Part shown: positions 38,760 to 53,129 of the stretch, piece by piece
Numbering within the stretch: position 1 is the stretch's first letter
How the letters are laid out: the number at the start of each line of letters is the position of its first letter
DNA from: Octopus sinensis
Lineage: Eukaryota
Reading direction: 5' to 3'
DNA: 64,000 nt
Assembly: GCF_006345805.1 (NCBI RefSeq)
Contig: NC_043022.1
Location: forward strand, 21,018,001-21,082,000
Translations under genes and position numbers: made by a program
Notes under the pieces: model-generated
What the model saw: only the letters and a program-made list of their open reading frames with translations
Databases searched by the model: none
Told to the model about the DNA's origin: nothing

Positions 38760-39090
38760 CTTATGGTTGGTCAGATACCTGCTCAGGGGCCTATGCCGAG
38801 TTGCAGAAAGTGTATGAGCTGCACACAAGTGTACATTTCCAAGGTGGCCGAAGAAGTGTCGATATCGACAAACATTCTAGGAGACCCACAACCAGCAGAA
38901 CTGAGAAAATCATCGAATTACTATCCGTGAGTTATCAGAGGATGTGCAGTTTGGTTAAGGTTTAGTTCAGTCCATTATCACTGAAGATTTGGATATGAAA
39001 TGCCTGTCTGCCAAGTTGGTGCCAAAACTGTTTTCAGCTGACCAAAAAGACATTCGGGTTGAACTGTGTAAGAGGTTTATTGCCTCAAGT
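38760..39090 (+). mobile_element. Mariner transposase remnant
   Basis: FQGGRRSVDIDKHSRRPTTSRT and KCLSAKLVPKLFSADQKDIRVELC (HTH and WVP-type linker). Confidence 0.75.
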
Positions 39091-39479
39091 TTGAAACTTA
39101 AAAAGAACAATGTTTTCAGGTAAACAGCAATTGGCAGGCGTTGCTTGTTGCCCTCATTTTTCACCATTTCATATCATTATGTGTGTGTCCAGCCCACAGC
39201 TTCCTTTCTTTGAAAGGCCCTTATGGCCAATTAAATGAATAAAAAAAGACATTCAGGTTTCTGTTGCACAAGATCTCCATGATTGGAGCCTGGTGCAGCC
39301 ATCTGGTTCGCCAGCCCTCAGTCAAAATCATCCAACCCATGCTAGCATGGAAAGCGGACGTTAAAAGATGATGATGATTGGCTATGAAAGGATCCATAAA
39401 AGGAACACATTAGTTTCTCATCCTTAATTTTTAGTGCTGTATTTTTGGGTATACAAATCGAATTTTTCAGGTCAAAATG

Positions 39480-39770
39480 AAAACTTTTCGAAAACTTTGT
39501 GTCAGCCTCTGAGCAGGTGTCACCAAGCTTTAAGCAAAATTTGATGCAAATTCTCTGCTTAACTTTCTCTGCCATGGTCAATGCGATGATCACACGCTAC
39601 ACACTTTCCTTCCAAGCACTGCTGTAAGCAGCAGAAGTGAACTAGAATGTTAAATTGAGTGCACATTCACAGCAGAGTTCAAAGTCAGTCTGTGCCAAGC
39701 AGCTTCACTCTGTGTGCTGTAGCTTCGTTACTATAGCAACAGTCCGGATACTTACTGATCAGACTATGTA
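39480..39770 (-). mobile_element. Mariner 5' end remnant
   Basis: MAEKVKQRICIKFCLKLGDTCSEA N-terminal HTH motif. Confidence 0.7.
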
Positions 39771-39911
39771 TAATACTTATGTCTTCACACTGCTTTTAAT
39801 TATTCATGGTGGTGCATATGGCAGCTGTGTGAAATTTGGAAAATGTATGTTAAATAGTGATGATGATGATGACAAAAGGAAGAGAAGGGAATGTTGAGAT
39901 ATTAGTGGTAT

Positions 39912-40075
39912 AGGTGTAGGAGTGGCTGTGTGGTAGGTAGCTTGCTTACCAACCACATGGTTGTGGGTTCAGTCCCACTGTGTGACACCTTGGGCAAGTG
40001 TCTTCTACTATAGCCTCGGGCCTACCAAAGCCTTGTGAGTGGATTTGGTAGACGGAAACTGAAAGAAGCCCGTCG

Positions 40076-40114
<39 letters not shown>

Positions 40115-40325
40115 ATGTTTGTGTGTCTGTATTTGTCCTCCCAACATCACTTGACAACCGATGCTGGTGTGTTTACGTCCCCGTCACTTAGCAGTTCAAC
40201 AAGAGAGACCAATAGAATAAGTACTAGGCTTACAAAGAATAAGTCCTGGGGTTGATTTTCTCGACTAAAGGCAGTGCTCCAGCATAGCCACAGTCAAATG
40301 ACTGAAACAAATAAAAGATAAAAGA
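39912..40325 (+). mobile_element. Family-A SINE, full length
   Basis: Head, core, microsatellite and tail all present. Confidence 0.9.
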
Positions 40326-40554
40326 TGGTACTCCATCGGTTATGACGATGAAGGTTCTAGTTGATCCAATCAGTGGTACAGCCTGTTCATGAAATTAACG
40401 TGCAAGCGGTTGAGTACTCCACAGACACATGTACCCATAGCATAGTTCTCAGGGAGATTCAGCATGACACAGAATGTGACAAGGCTGGCCCTTTTGAAAT
40501 ACAGACACTACTCACTTTTGCCAGTTGGATGGACTAGAGTAACAAGAAATAAAG

Positions 40555-40785
40555 GCGGCGAGCTGGCAGAAACGTTAGCATGCCGAGCGAAATGCTTAGC
40601 GGTATTTTGTCTGCCGTTACGTTCTGAGTTCAAATTTCGCCGAGGTCAACGTTGCCTTTCATCCTTTCGGGGTCGATTAAATAAGTACCAGTTACGCACT
40701 GGGGTCGATATAATCGACTTAATCCGTTTGTCTGTCCTTGTTTGCCCTCTCTGTGTTTAGCCCCTTGTGGGTAGTAAAGAAATAA
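40555..40785 (+). mobile_element. Family-B SINE, full length
   Basis: ggcggcgagctggcag head to gtaaagaaataag tail. Confidence 0.9.
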
Positions 40786-41638
40786 GAAATAAAGTGTCTT
40801 GCTCAAGGATACAATGCATTGCCAAAAAATGAGCTCACAACCTTTTGATCATGAATCAAATACCCTAACCACTAAGCCACGCATCTTCATGACATTTGCA
40901 GTATATTATGACATCAGGAATTCTTGTTGTAATTTTAGTGTTTTCCTGGTTAAGATTGTTGTTATCAGTGATTGGCAGTCTTTCCTCTGTAAGTGTCAAT
41001 CCTCCAATCCTTTAGCTAATCAATCCATTAATTATAGTCTTTGTAGTTGACTGAAGTGACTCAGAGTTGTCATATCTACTTATCTTGCAAAACATAAGTT
41101 TCTCACCAGCCGAACTTTTTCTATGGGACCTTAGCAACTCATCCACACCATCTTTTCTTTAACTTTTTCGAACTCTATATCAGCGATTCCCAAATACGGG
41201 TCACACACCTCATCAGTGGGGCCTGGGATCCCAAATTTCTACAGCTGAGTGAACTGGAACATCATCATCATCATCATCATCATCATCGTTTAGCGTCCGT
41301 TTGATGATGATGATGATGATGGAACAATGTGAAATAAAGTGTCTTGCTCAAGAACACAACATGCAGCCTGGTTCGGGATTCGAACTCACAACCTATATAT
41401 ATTTATATCATCATCATCATCATCATTTAGCGTCTGCTTTCCATGCTAGCATGGGTTGGACGGTTCAACTGGGGTCTGTGAAGCCAGAAGGCTGCATCAG
41501 GCCCAGTCTGATCTGGCAGTGTTTCTACGGCTGGATGCCCTTCCTAACGCCAACCACTCCGTGAGTGTAGTGGGTGCTTTTTACGTGCCACCCGCACAGG
41601 TGCTGCCACCCGCACAGGTGCAGATGCCATCCGCAGCT

Positions 41639-42553
41639 GAGACCCACTTTGGTCATGACTGACCATGGGATTGCACCTAGAAAGTAACCATTCCAGGCAC
41701 AAGTCCAGGCAAGGTTGTTTATGGAAAACCAGCAGTTGCCCATGCATACCGACCTCCCCTCTCTATGCAACCAGTGTTATCCAAGGGAAAGGCAAAGGGG
41801 CTGATACAGCTTGGCACCTGTGACGTCACAACTCATTTCTACAGCTGAGTGAACTGGAACAACGTGAAATAAAGTGTCTTGCTCAAGAACACAACACGCA
41901 GCCCGGTCTGGGATTCGAGCTCACAACCTCACAATCGTAAGCTCGACGCTCTAACCACTGAGCCATGCGCCTTCATGCTAAGACATTAGAATAGCACTAT
42001 ATTGTAGCAAATAGTGTTCACACAATATGCTTGGCTGGAGGGATTGGCTTAGTTTGGCTGAGTGTAAGTGTACCATGCTGCTTTTTTGTTAGTGGGACAT
42101 GAAATTGTAAAAGTCGTTTTCTTTCACAGCAAACATATTACACTTACACTCAGCCAAACCAAGCCAATCCCTCCAGCCAAGCATACTGTGTGATGACTAT
42201 TTGCTACAATATAGTGCTATTCTAATGTCTTAGCGTGAAGGCGCATGGCTCAGTGGTTAGAGCGTCGAGCTTACAATCGTGAGGTTGTGAGCTCGAATCC
42301 CGGACTGGGCTGCGTGTTGTGTTCTTGAGCAAGACACTTTATTTCACATTGTTCCAGTTCACTCAGCTGTAGAAATGAGTTGCGGCGTCACAGGTGCCAG
42401 GCTGTATCAGCCTTTGCCTTTCCCTTGGATAACATCAGTGGTATGCCTGGGCGACTGCTGGTCTTCCATAAAACAACCTTGCCGGACTTGTGCCTGGGAG
42501 GGTAACTTTCTAGGTGCAATCCCAAGGTCTGTGTCATGATCGAAGAGGGTCTC
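41639..42553. repeat. ~915-bp foldback palindrome (SINE + unique arm, 68-nt spacer 42072-42139)
   Basis: Inner ~98 bp unique arms with 5 mismatches plus inverted family-D SINE on both arms. Confidence 0.9.
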
Positions 42554-43199
42554 AGTGTGGATAAGAGACTTAAAATTACAAAACCTGGTAACTTATGGCT
42601 GAAGCTAACAAAATTGTCTCCTTGAATCAAAGAAATGTGCTGTAGTTTGCCAGGCACAAGGTTCTCATTAAAATAATTCCCTTTTTTTTCTTAGTAAATA
42701 CTTTTTTGTACTTAATACCAAACAAAAGAGGTACTGGTAGATTTTTTTTTATATTAGATAATTGTGATAAAATAAAAAAGTAAAGTTGTTTTTTAACTAT
42801 CCACCCGTGGGGCATAAATTTTTCTGAAAAGTTGCAGTGGAGCCTGACGGGAAAATAGGTAGGGAAACCCTACTTTATATCATTTACCAGTGTTACAAAT
42901 ACTTTGTGGAACTTGTTGGAGACTATCTGCTGATGGAGAACCTGAAACCTGATATGTCATAGGTAAAATCTGGGGTCTATATGTTTTACCAAATAGCCTG
43001 GATGTTTTCGGTTTGAACGGCAGTTTTTTCTACCGTAAAAATTAAGATATTGTTAAGCCTCTTCTAAGTCATCGCTAGTTAAATAAACCTAAGGCAAAAA
43101 AGCATTTCAATTACAGCTGTTCGGTATATCTAGGACTAAATTGGATATTTTGTCATTTCTTCTGAAGACGCTAAAGTGAGTTTTAAAGCAACGGCACTA

Positions 43200-43604
43200 T
43201 TGGTAGTAGATCAAACAAACTACGGGTACCCCTATTTCTTTATTACCCACCGGGGGGCCAAACATAACAACGGGTACGCCGTTGACTCGTTTCAGTGGCG
43301 AAGTATGCAGGCCGTACGTATGTAGGATCTTTTCCTTTTGAACGGCACATTGTCAACACAATTTCTAGTTAACTAAACACTTTTAAACTTCGTATACTGG
43401 TAGAATGTGTTTATAAAACATCATTTTTTTCTTGGCGGCTTTATTGAGAAAACTCTATAGTTTCTTTTAGTACGTACATCGGTCTGAAAAAATCGCCAGA
43501 ACAGTAAAAAGTCATTCCCTTCAGGTGCCGAGTTCGAGTTCAGCTCGAGGTAAGTCGTGCAAACGACTGAGTTATCTCCCCTGTCTCTTCGTCATTCGGT
43601 CAAC
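43200..43604 (+). promoter_or_regulatory. Probable ICMT promoter/5'UTR region
   Basis: Local CpG enrichment immediately upstream of the ATG; no TSS data. Confidence 0.45.
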
Positions 43605-43811
43605 ATGGCTAGTCAGTTAATACGTGAGGGTAAAATCTCTCTCTTATATTTTCTGATTGGAGCCGGTATTTGCTGTGTTCCGTCGATATCATGGAACAAA
43701 TCAATGCAATACGTTTGGTTAGACTCTTGGAAATATCTACTCGGAATTTACACAATAGTATTTCACACTATTGTCAGCTTAGTTTATATTTCGGATAATA
43801 GGATGTACCAG
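43605..43811 (+). CDS. ICMT: Isoprenylcysteine carboxyl methyltransferase, coding exon 1 (MASQLIREGKISLLYFLIGAG...ISDNRMYQ, 69 aa)
   Basis: caacATGG start in CpG-rich region, CAG|gtgagt donor phase 0; hydrophobic N-terminus resembling ICMT ExxxSLxxFLxGA...YQ; joins in frame to 62260 exon. Confidence 0.82.
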
Positions 43812-46490
43812 GTGAGTGGTGTCTTCTCTATAATCTTCTCTAAAAAACGCATATATATATATATATACATACATACATGCACATGTATATATATATATAT
43901 AATGCGACACTGTGTGTGTGTGTGTTTGCATACATATTTTATGTACATATATATACATGGATATATACATATACATACATAGATATAGATGTATGCACAC
44001 ACATACATATGTGTGTATATGCATACCTTTCGAAGTATTCTAATTAATTTTAATAGGGTCTGGTTCTTGCTTATTCCTAAGACTATTCATTCCATCCGAA
44101 ATCTCCACCGAAAGACAATTATATTCGCTTCTGAACCTTTTCCTTTCTCTTTAACATAATAAACTAATCAAAGCTAACGGTGTCTTCGAACAAATATCCA
44201 CAAGCAAATATTTGACCTCACATCTACTCAGTCCCGAACACGTATATATATATATAACGGGATATATATTATATGTATATTTATTTTGATCTCCGCCTCC
44301 CGACACACACACACACTTCAACTCATTTTCATTCCAAGACACATCGTTATCATTCCACTTGGCTGTTTTATTGATTAAAAATACCCCCCCCCAAAGATTC
44401 AATGTGATATCTGCAGACATTGTCAGGTCGTGTTGTATAATAGACATCATAGCTGCTAAGGTGCAATGAACTGCATTAAATTGCAGTGTCGTTTATTATA
44501 TATTAAATGCTATCTTTACACTAATATTTTATAAATGCAGCGTAATTAAACGTAACCCTGATTATTTATATAGATATGTATATATATAATTTGCTTACAT
44601 ACACAAATATATTTTATGCGCGTGTCTGTCTGTCTGTGTGTGTGTCTGTGTGTTTCTATATTTATTTTCATTTTCTTCCGTTATCTTTCGTGGAATTCCA
44701 TTTCGGATGCATCTGTACTATTTATATGAATGAATATTAAATCGATCTCGGTATTTGACTGCTGATATTAATTATATTTTAACCGATCCCGGAAAATGTA
44801 AGAATGAAACTGACCTCGGCAGGATTTGAAATCGAGAAATTAAAGGGACGCAACAAAAACACTGCAAAAGGCAGTTTGTCCGACGCTCTAACGATTATTT
44901 ATCTTTCATCTCTTATCGGTTTCAGCATGAGACTAAGGTCACGCTGGGGCACTGCCTTTTTATTTATTTATTTTTAAAATTTAATTTTAATTTTTTTATT
45001 TGCTTTGCAAGATTCTTGATGTGAACTCGTGTGTTGAAACAGATTTCGTTGCCTAATGGTCATCTGGAGATACCAGATATTGCAGAATTAAATAAATAAA
45101 ATTGAAAGTAAAAATTATAGTGGCTTAAACAATTTGCGTAAAATTTAATTAATCGGAAGGACGATTTTTACATTATGTAACAAAACCCGCTGAGGAGCGA
45201 ACGTTGACTTTATGAATCAAAAATGCAAACCTTTCGATTTGTTGTTGAAGCAAACACCGAAACATAAACTTGTTTAATGAAATGTAACAATGTCTTTGAA
45301 ATTCGATTGATTGAATTTCAAAGGTCGAGACATCGGCATTAATGCAGGTGTTAGGCATTCCTACAAATGTGTGACGCCTCCGACTTTGTTTCCTCATAAC
45401 TTTCAGGAAAATGGGTATTTTTAAATGAAATTTACTACAAATATTTTTCAGATGGTGTAAATTACGATTATGTCAGAATTTAATGTGGGGGAATTGGTGG
45501 GCGTGCACACTCACATACTGACACGCATCACGAATTTTTTTTCTGAATTTCAAGTTTCGTTTTGTAGTTATGCAGCGTGTATCAATATGTATAACTGCGC
45601 GCCTACCATTCTTTGTTTCACATTAAATCCCGATACAGTTGGAATTTACACCATTTGAATTTTTGTAAGAAGTTTCATTAAAAAATATCCATTTTTCTGA
45701 AAGTTGTAAGAAGACAAAAGTTGGGACATGGAGGCGCACCTGTATGCCGCAAATTGGCATATTTCTTTCGACTTTGTTTCCATGCATAGTTTTACCATGA
45801 AATTTTGCAGAGTTAGGTTTTCGAGAGTACAGATTATAATTAGGTTGCCTAGTAAAATCGTCAGAGCGTCTGGCTCTGAGATCGAATCCCAACGTGGTCG
45901 ACTTTGCCTTTCGTCTTCTCGGGGCTGATAAAACAAATACCAATTTAGCACTGGAATCGATGTAATCGACTACCCCCCCCCTTTCCTTCAAAATTGCTGG
46001 CCTTGTACCAAAATTAGAATTATGAAGATATTTTGCTGGGTGGGGTTTCATATTATTCTCGCTTCCGCTCGCATTTCTTCTTCCTAACTCTCTTTACGAT
46101 GCACATTTTAAAGTGTCATTTTGCAAAATTTCATTTTCTAGAACGTAGATTACGTGATGCTGTATGTTCCGGACAGAAATCTAAGAGGAAAAACGTGAAA
46201 AATGCTGAAGTAAATGAAATTCGTCGTAACAAAGTCGAGGGGGGGGGGGAGAAAATTATCCGAAATTTCATCTACCTCTTTACTCTTTTACTTGTTTCAG
46301 TCATTTGACTGCGGCCATGCTGGAGCACCGCCTTTAGTCGAGCAACTCGACCCCGGGACTTATTCTTTTTTGTAAGCCCAGTACTTATTCTATCGGTCTC
46401 TTTGGCCGAGCCGCTAAGTGACGGGGACATAAACACACCAGCATCGGTTGTCAAGCAATGCTAGGGGGACAAACACAGACACACACACGC

Positions 46491-48588
<2,098 letters not shown>

Positions 48589-48954
48589 GCAGGAGTGGCT
48601 GTGTGGTAAGTAGCTTGCTAACCAACCACATGGTCCCGGGTTCAGTCCCACTGCGTGGCATCTTGGGCAAGTGTCTTCTGCTATAGCTCCGGGCCGACTA
48701 ATGCCTTGTGAGTGGATTTGGTAGACGGAAACTGAAAGAAGCCTGTCGTATATATGTGTGTGTGTCTGTGTTTGTTCCCCTAGCATTGCTTGACAACCGA
48801 TGCTGGTGTGTTTATGTCCCCGTCACTTAGCGATAGAATAAGTACTGGGCTTACAAAGACTAAGTCCCGGGGTGGATTTTCTCGACTAAAGGCGGTGCTC
48901 CAGCATGGCCGCAGTCAAATGACTAAAACAAGTAAAAAAGAATATATATATATA

Positions 48955-49335
48955 CTTAGATCAACACTAATTAAAAGACATTATCAAATCTCATTAATAA
49001 ATGACGGCATTATACGAGCTAAGGAAATAGATATACGAACATTAAGGGAAACCAGCCGAAAAACTAAACCAGACTTAAAAATACTCCCGTACATTTCCAC
49101 ACATAACCCTAGAAACAACGAAGCCTTCAACATTATCACCCAAAATCTTCCCACCCTCATAGGGGATAAAACAATGAACAAAATTTTAAGCTCATACAAA
49201 ATTATCAAAAGTCATTGAAAAAAATATTAACCAGCGCAACAGAGCCAAAAGTGAAAAAATGTGGAACATGCCACCACCTTTTGGAGGGTTCAGAATTTCA
49301 CTTTAAACAAGGTGAAATATTTACATTACCACGTG
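48955..49335 (+). mobile_element. Penelope-like retroelement ORF fragment (RT thumb/linker LPYISTHNPR and Cys knuckle KKCG-TC before GIY-YIG)
   Basis: Translation RKTKPDLKILPYISTHNPRNNEAFNII...TEPKVKKCGTCHHLLEGSEFHFKQGEIFTL, with frameshift. Confidence 0.7.
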
Positions 49336-49599
49336 TAGTTTCTATTTTCTTTTTGTAACGTATTTCTAATATATATATATATATGTGTGCGTGTGTGTAT
49401 ATATATGTGACCGCGTGTGTACCGTTGGCGATTTTTTTCCCTCTATCTTCCCTTCTCTGGATCTTTCCTTCTATGTTTCCGACGAAGAGCTCCGCTCGAA
49501 ACGTTAAACCCGCCTTCTTTCCTGAGCGTCCGATAATACTATATTTGTTCCACGTCCTCGCGTTGTGTTTTTTGTGCTTTCTTGCTTGGATTAACTTTA

Positions 49600-49600
<1 letters not shown>
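49336..49600 (+). mobile_element. Penelope-type terminal repeat (pseudo-LTR) carrying hammerhead family 1
   Basis: Directly follows the PLE ORF fragment; near-identical solo copy at 4100-4312. Confidence 0.7.
49475..49509 (+). ncRNA. Minimal type I hammerhead-like motif, family 1, in Penelope terminal repeat
   Basis: GTTT CCGACGA A GAGC tcc GCTC GAAACGT T AAAC, same architecture as 4187. Confidence 0.65.
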
Positions 49601-49660
<60 letters not shown>

Positions 49661-49764
49661 GTATATATATATAGGGTGCGGCAAAATGATTTGATGTATT
49701 TGTAGGTCTAATAAAAGCGAAATAGAGTAAAGAATGAAAAATGTATTTTTATTTTCGAAATGTA

Positions 49765-50411
49765 CAGGGGTTGGACAAGACAAAATAATGGAAACACTAT
49801 AAAATTTCAAGCAAATTTATTTTAATATAGGGTAGGACCGCCTTTGGCAGTAATTACAGCTTGAATTTTATGAGGTACGGACTCGTACAAAGTTTGAATT
49901 GCTTTTGAAGGAATTTTTCATTCTTCAGCTAAAACAGTCTCCAGTTCTTGTAGTGATGATGGTGGAGGATATCGACTTCGTGCTTGTTTTTCTAAAATGC
50001 ATAAATGTTCAATGGGACTGTGGTGGCCAGATAAGATGTTCAACTTCACTAGAATGTTCCTCGTACCATTCAGTAACAATTTTAGGTGTGTAAATTGGTG
50101 CATTATCGTCCTGAAAGATTGTGTTTCCCTCCGGAAACAGTTCCGCAACCATAGGATGAATTTGATCTTATAAAATGCTTAAATTCTGCCATGAAGGGAA
50201 ACCATTGGGCCGGCGTATTTCCAAGATATAGCCCCCAGATCATCACAGATCCTCCTCCATGTTTAACAGTTGGAAGATGGCAGTCTGGGTCAAATGCTTC
50301 TTTTGGCCCTCTCCACTCGTATAAATTAAAAACAAACATAAAAAGATTTTAGATATTTCAAAATTATGATGCTCTGATGCTAGGTGTTTCCATTATTTTG
50401 TCCAACCCCTG
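49765..50411 (-). mobile_element. Internally deleted Tc1-like transposon
   Basis: TA-flanked TIRs caggggttggaca..aaataatggaaacac; TVKHGGGSVMIWG, FQDDNAP and WPPQS motifs on the minus strand. Confidence 0.9.
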
Positions 50412-50734
50412 TACACATAACACCATTTTGTTTCAATAGGTGCAATTTTGGCACAAGGCAAGCAATTTGAAGGGAATGGGGTCAGACGATGTAATCGACC
50501 ACGTTGCTCAATCCTTCGAAATGGATGGCAGGTAAAAATCGACCTTGGCAATATTTGAATTAAACCTGCGCTGTAAAAAACCATTTAATCACTTGTCTTG
50601 AAATGTTAACTCTTCGCTTCTCCGACCTCGGTAGCATGTTATCCGCTCGACCAGACCAACATTTCTATCTGACTTGAATAACTATGGCCACAAAATTAGC
50701 ATGGTTGTCAGGACATAGCTTTTGTAAATATCTT

Positions 50735-51163
50735 GGCGATCTTTCGTCTCTAGTAGACCTTTCCGTCGATTTCCGTAAAAAATTTTTTTTTTTACATATG
50801 GGCTTGCGGGAACTTTTGAAGTAATATACATACACATACACCGAGTAAAAAATTTCAGTTATCTCTTTCTTTCACACATTACTCTGTCTCTTCACACACA
50901 CTAACAGAAGCACTTCACTTACACAACATACTGTCTGTCTCCCACACCCCATCAAACACACCACAACACACGCACGCACACACACATGTCCATCAATGCT
51001 CCCATGCACGGTAACTTCAAAAGAACTTCCCTCGTCATACAATCGCTTTCTCTTAGTCTCTTTCGCTCTCATTACTTCAAAAGTTCCCGCAAGCCCATAT
51101 GTAAAAAAAAAAATTTTTTTTACGGAAATCGACGAAAAGGTCTACTAGAAACGAAAGATTGCC
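50735..51163. mobile_element. Long-TIR MITE (Mutator/foldback-like)
   Basis: ~90-bp TIRs starting GGC(G/A)ATC, 8-bp TSD AATATCTT. Confidence 0.75.
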
Positions 51164-51289
51164 AATATCTTATTAGTTTCCACAAGCATTCTCAGACAGT
51201 ACTGCATAACAATGGTTCCATTGATTTATTTTAATCGTTTTCGACTGTGTATTTGCAGAATCGTTAGAACTCTGGGCACATTGCCCTGC

Positions 51290-52120
51290 GGTACTTATTT
51301 CTTTATTGTCCACAAGGGGCTAAACATAATAAAGGGAACAAACAAGGACAGACAAAGGGACTAAGTTGATTATATTCGACCCCTGTGCGTAACTGCTACT
51401 TATTTAATCGACCCCGAAAGGATGAAAGGCAAAGTCGACCTCGGCGGAATTTGAACTCGGAACGTAACGGCAGAGGAAATACCTATTTCTTTACTACCCA
51501 CAAGGGGCTAAACACAGAAGGGACAAACAAGGATAGACAAAGGGATTAAGTCGATTACATCGACCCCAGTGCGTAACTGGTACTTAAGTTATCGACCCCG
51601 AAAGGATGAAAGGCGAAGTCGACCTCGACGGAATTTGAACTCAGAACGCAACAGCCCTGCGGTACGTAGTTACGGCCCTTTTACGCTCTGATTTCAAGTC
51701 GCGCCGAGGTTAACTTAGTTTTTGCCCTTCATCGTTTTGGTGTTGGTGGTGGTGGTGGAGGTTTTCTTAAAGTAAGGTAAAAGCAGTCTTTCGGTAAAAG
51801 TCTTAGGCGTTGTGAGCGAGTGTGCGACATCGTGTTTCATTTACACAACAGAGCTGAACACACACATTTACACACACACTCTCTCTCTCGACGTCATATA
51901 CTAATACCTATTTCTTTATTACCCACAAGGGGCTAAACACAGAGAGGACAAACAAGGACAGACATAGGTATTAAGTCGATTACATCGACCCCAGTGCGTA
52001 ACTGGTACTTAATTTATCGACCCCGAAAGGATGAAAGGCAAAGTCGACCTCGGCGGAATTTGAACTCACAACGTATAGCAGACGAAATACCGCTAAGCAT
52101 TTCGCCAGCTCGCCGCCTTT
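51290..52120 (-). mobile_element. Three family-B SINEs
   Basis: cctatttctttat-acccacaaggggctaaacac start repeated. Confidence 0.85.
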
Positions 52121-52498
52121 ACTAATATACTAATACCGAAACACTGCTCAGTTAAGTATTTGAAGCACGATCTCTATTCTAAAAACGCATCGAAGATGTG
52201 AATGGCAATACAATAGTTTGTTTTGTTGTTTTTGCTTTAACTGAAAGCAAATCGTGTGTGTTTTAATGCTGAATTTCGAAGTCAATTGTTTACTGATTTT
52301 ATAATCATTTAAAGAAGAGAGCGTTGTTTATATAAATAAAAACTATTTCAAATTCAAAATTTAACTCGACGGCAAACAGCGAAGGAGCGTGTATGAAGTG
52401 ACTCGACTTGCAAGACATAACTGCCAAATTTTCCTCGTGTTACACTCTACGAACTTGAGAACAACTCATCTAATAGTATAGTTGTCGATATATATGTC

Positions 52499-52910
52499 GG
52501 ATCTTTTCGGTTTGAACGGCAGTTTTTTCTAGCGGTGTCATATGAAATTGTCACCCATAATTATGACCCTAGTATCGATCTATTGCATTTCAATCTGTTT
52601 TAGGGTTAGGGGTGGGGGGAAGGGTATCTTTTTTCCTTCACAAATGTAAATAAACCCAATCTGTTTCTTAAACGAGGGACATATTCATACGGCACAGAAT
52701 GTTTTCACCTCAATAGACGTCATTGATTGGTTGAAATCGCAGAAATTGAAGAAGAAAAAACAACAAATATCTTACAAACTATAGAATTTTCTCAATAAAG
52801 CCAAGAGAAAAAGATGTTTTATAAATACATTCTACCAGTATACGAAATTTAAATGTGTTTAGTTACATGGAAATTATTTTAAAAAACTGCCGTTCAAACC
52901 GAAAAGATCC
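52499..52910. mobile_element. MITE with 30-bp TIR ggatcttttcggtttgaacggcagtttttt
   Basis: Perfect inverted ends; related fragments at ~43007-43030 and ~43325-43460; TSD not evident. Confidence 0.75.
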
Positions 52911-53129
52911 AAGCAAAGGTTTGAATAGCTATTAAATAAGATTAATAAGATCAACTGTTCCTTCAGAAATAGCTTAACTCTTGGCCTTTTCTGTTTATTG
53001 CACGTAATACACAAGACATATTTATCTGTCATCCATGCATCGTGTATGATACAGATCCTCAGTTTTTTTCAACTACCCAAGTCACTTTGGGTTTATGAAA
53101 GGGAAGCTTTTACATTACTCAGAATATTT

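Noticed and set aside
42236-42310. tRNA-like sequence (also at 997, 34384, 57992, 63322 etc.)
   Set aside because: SINE heads: they run into repeat bodies and lack a complete cloverleaf acceptor stem.
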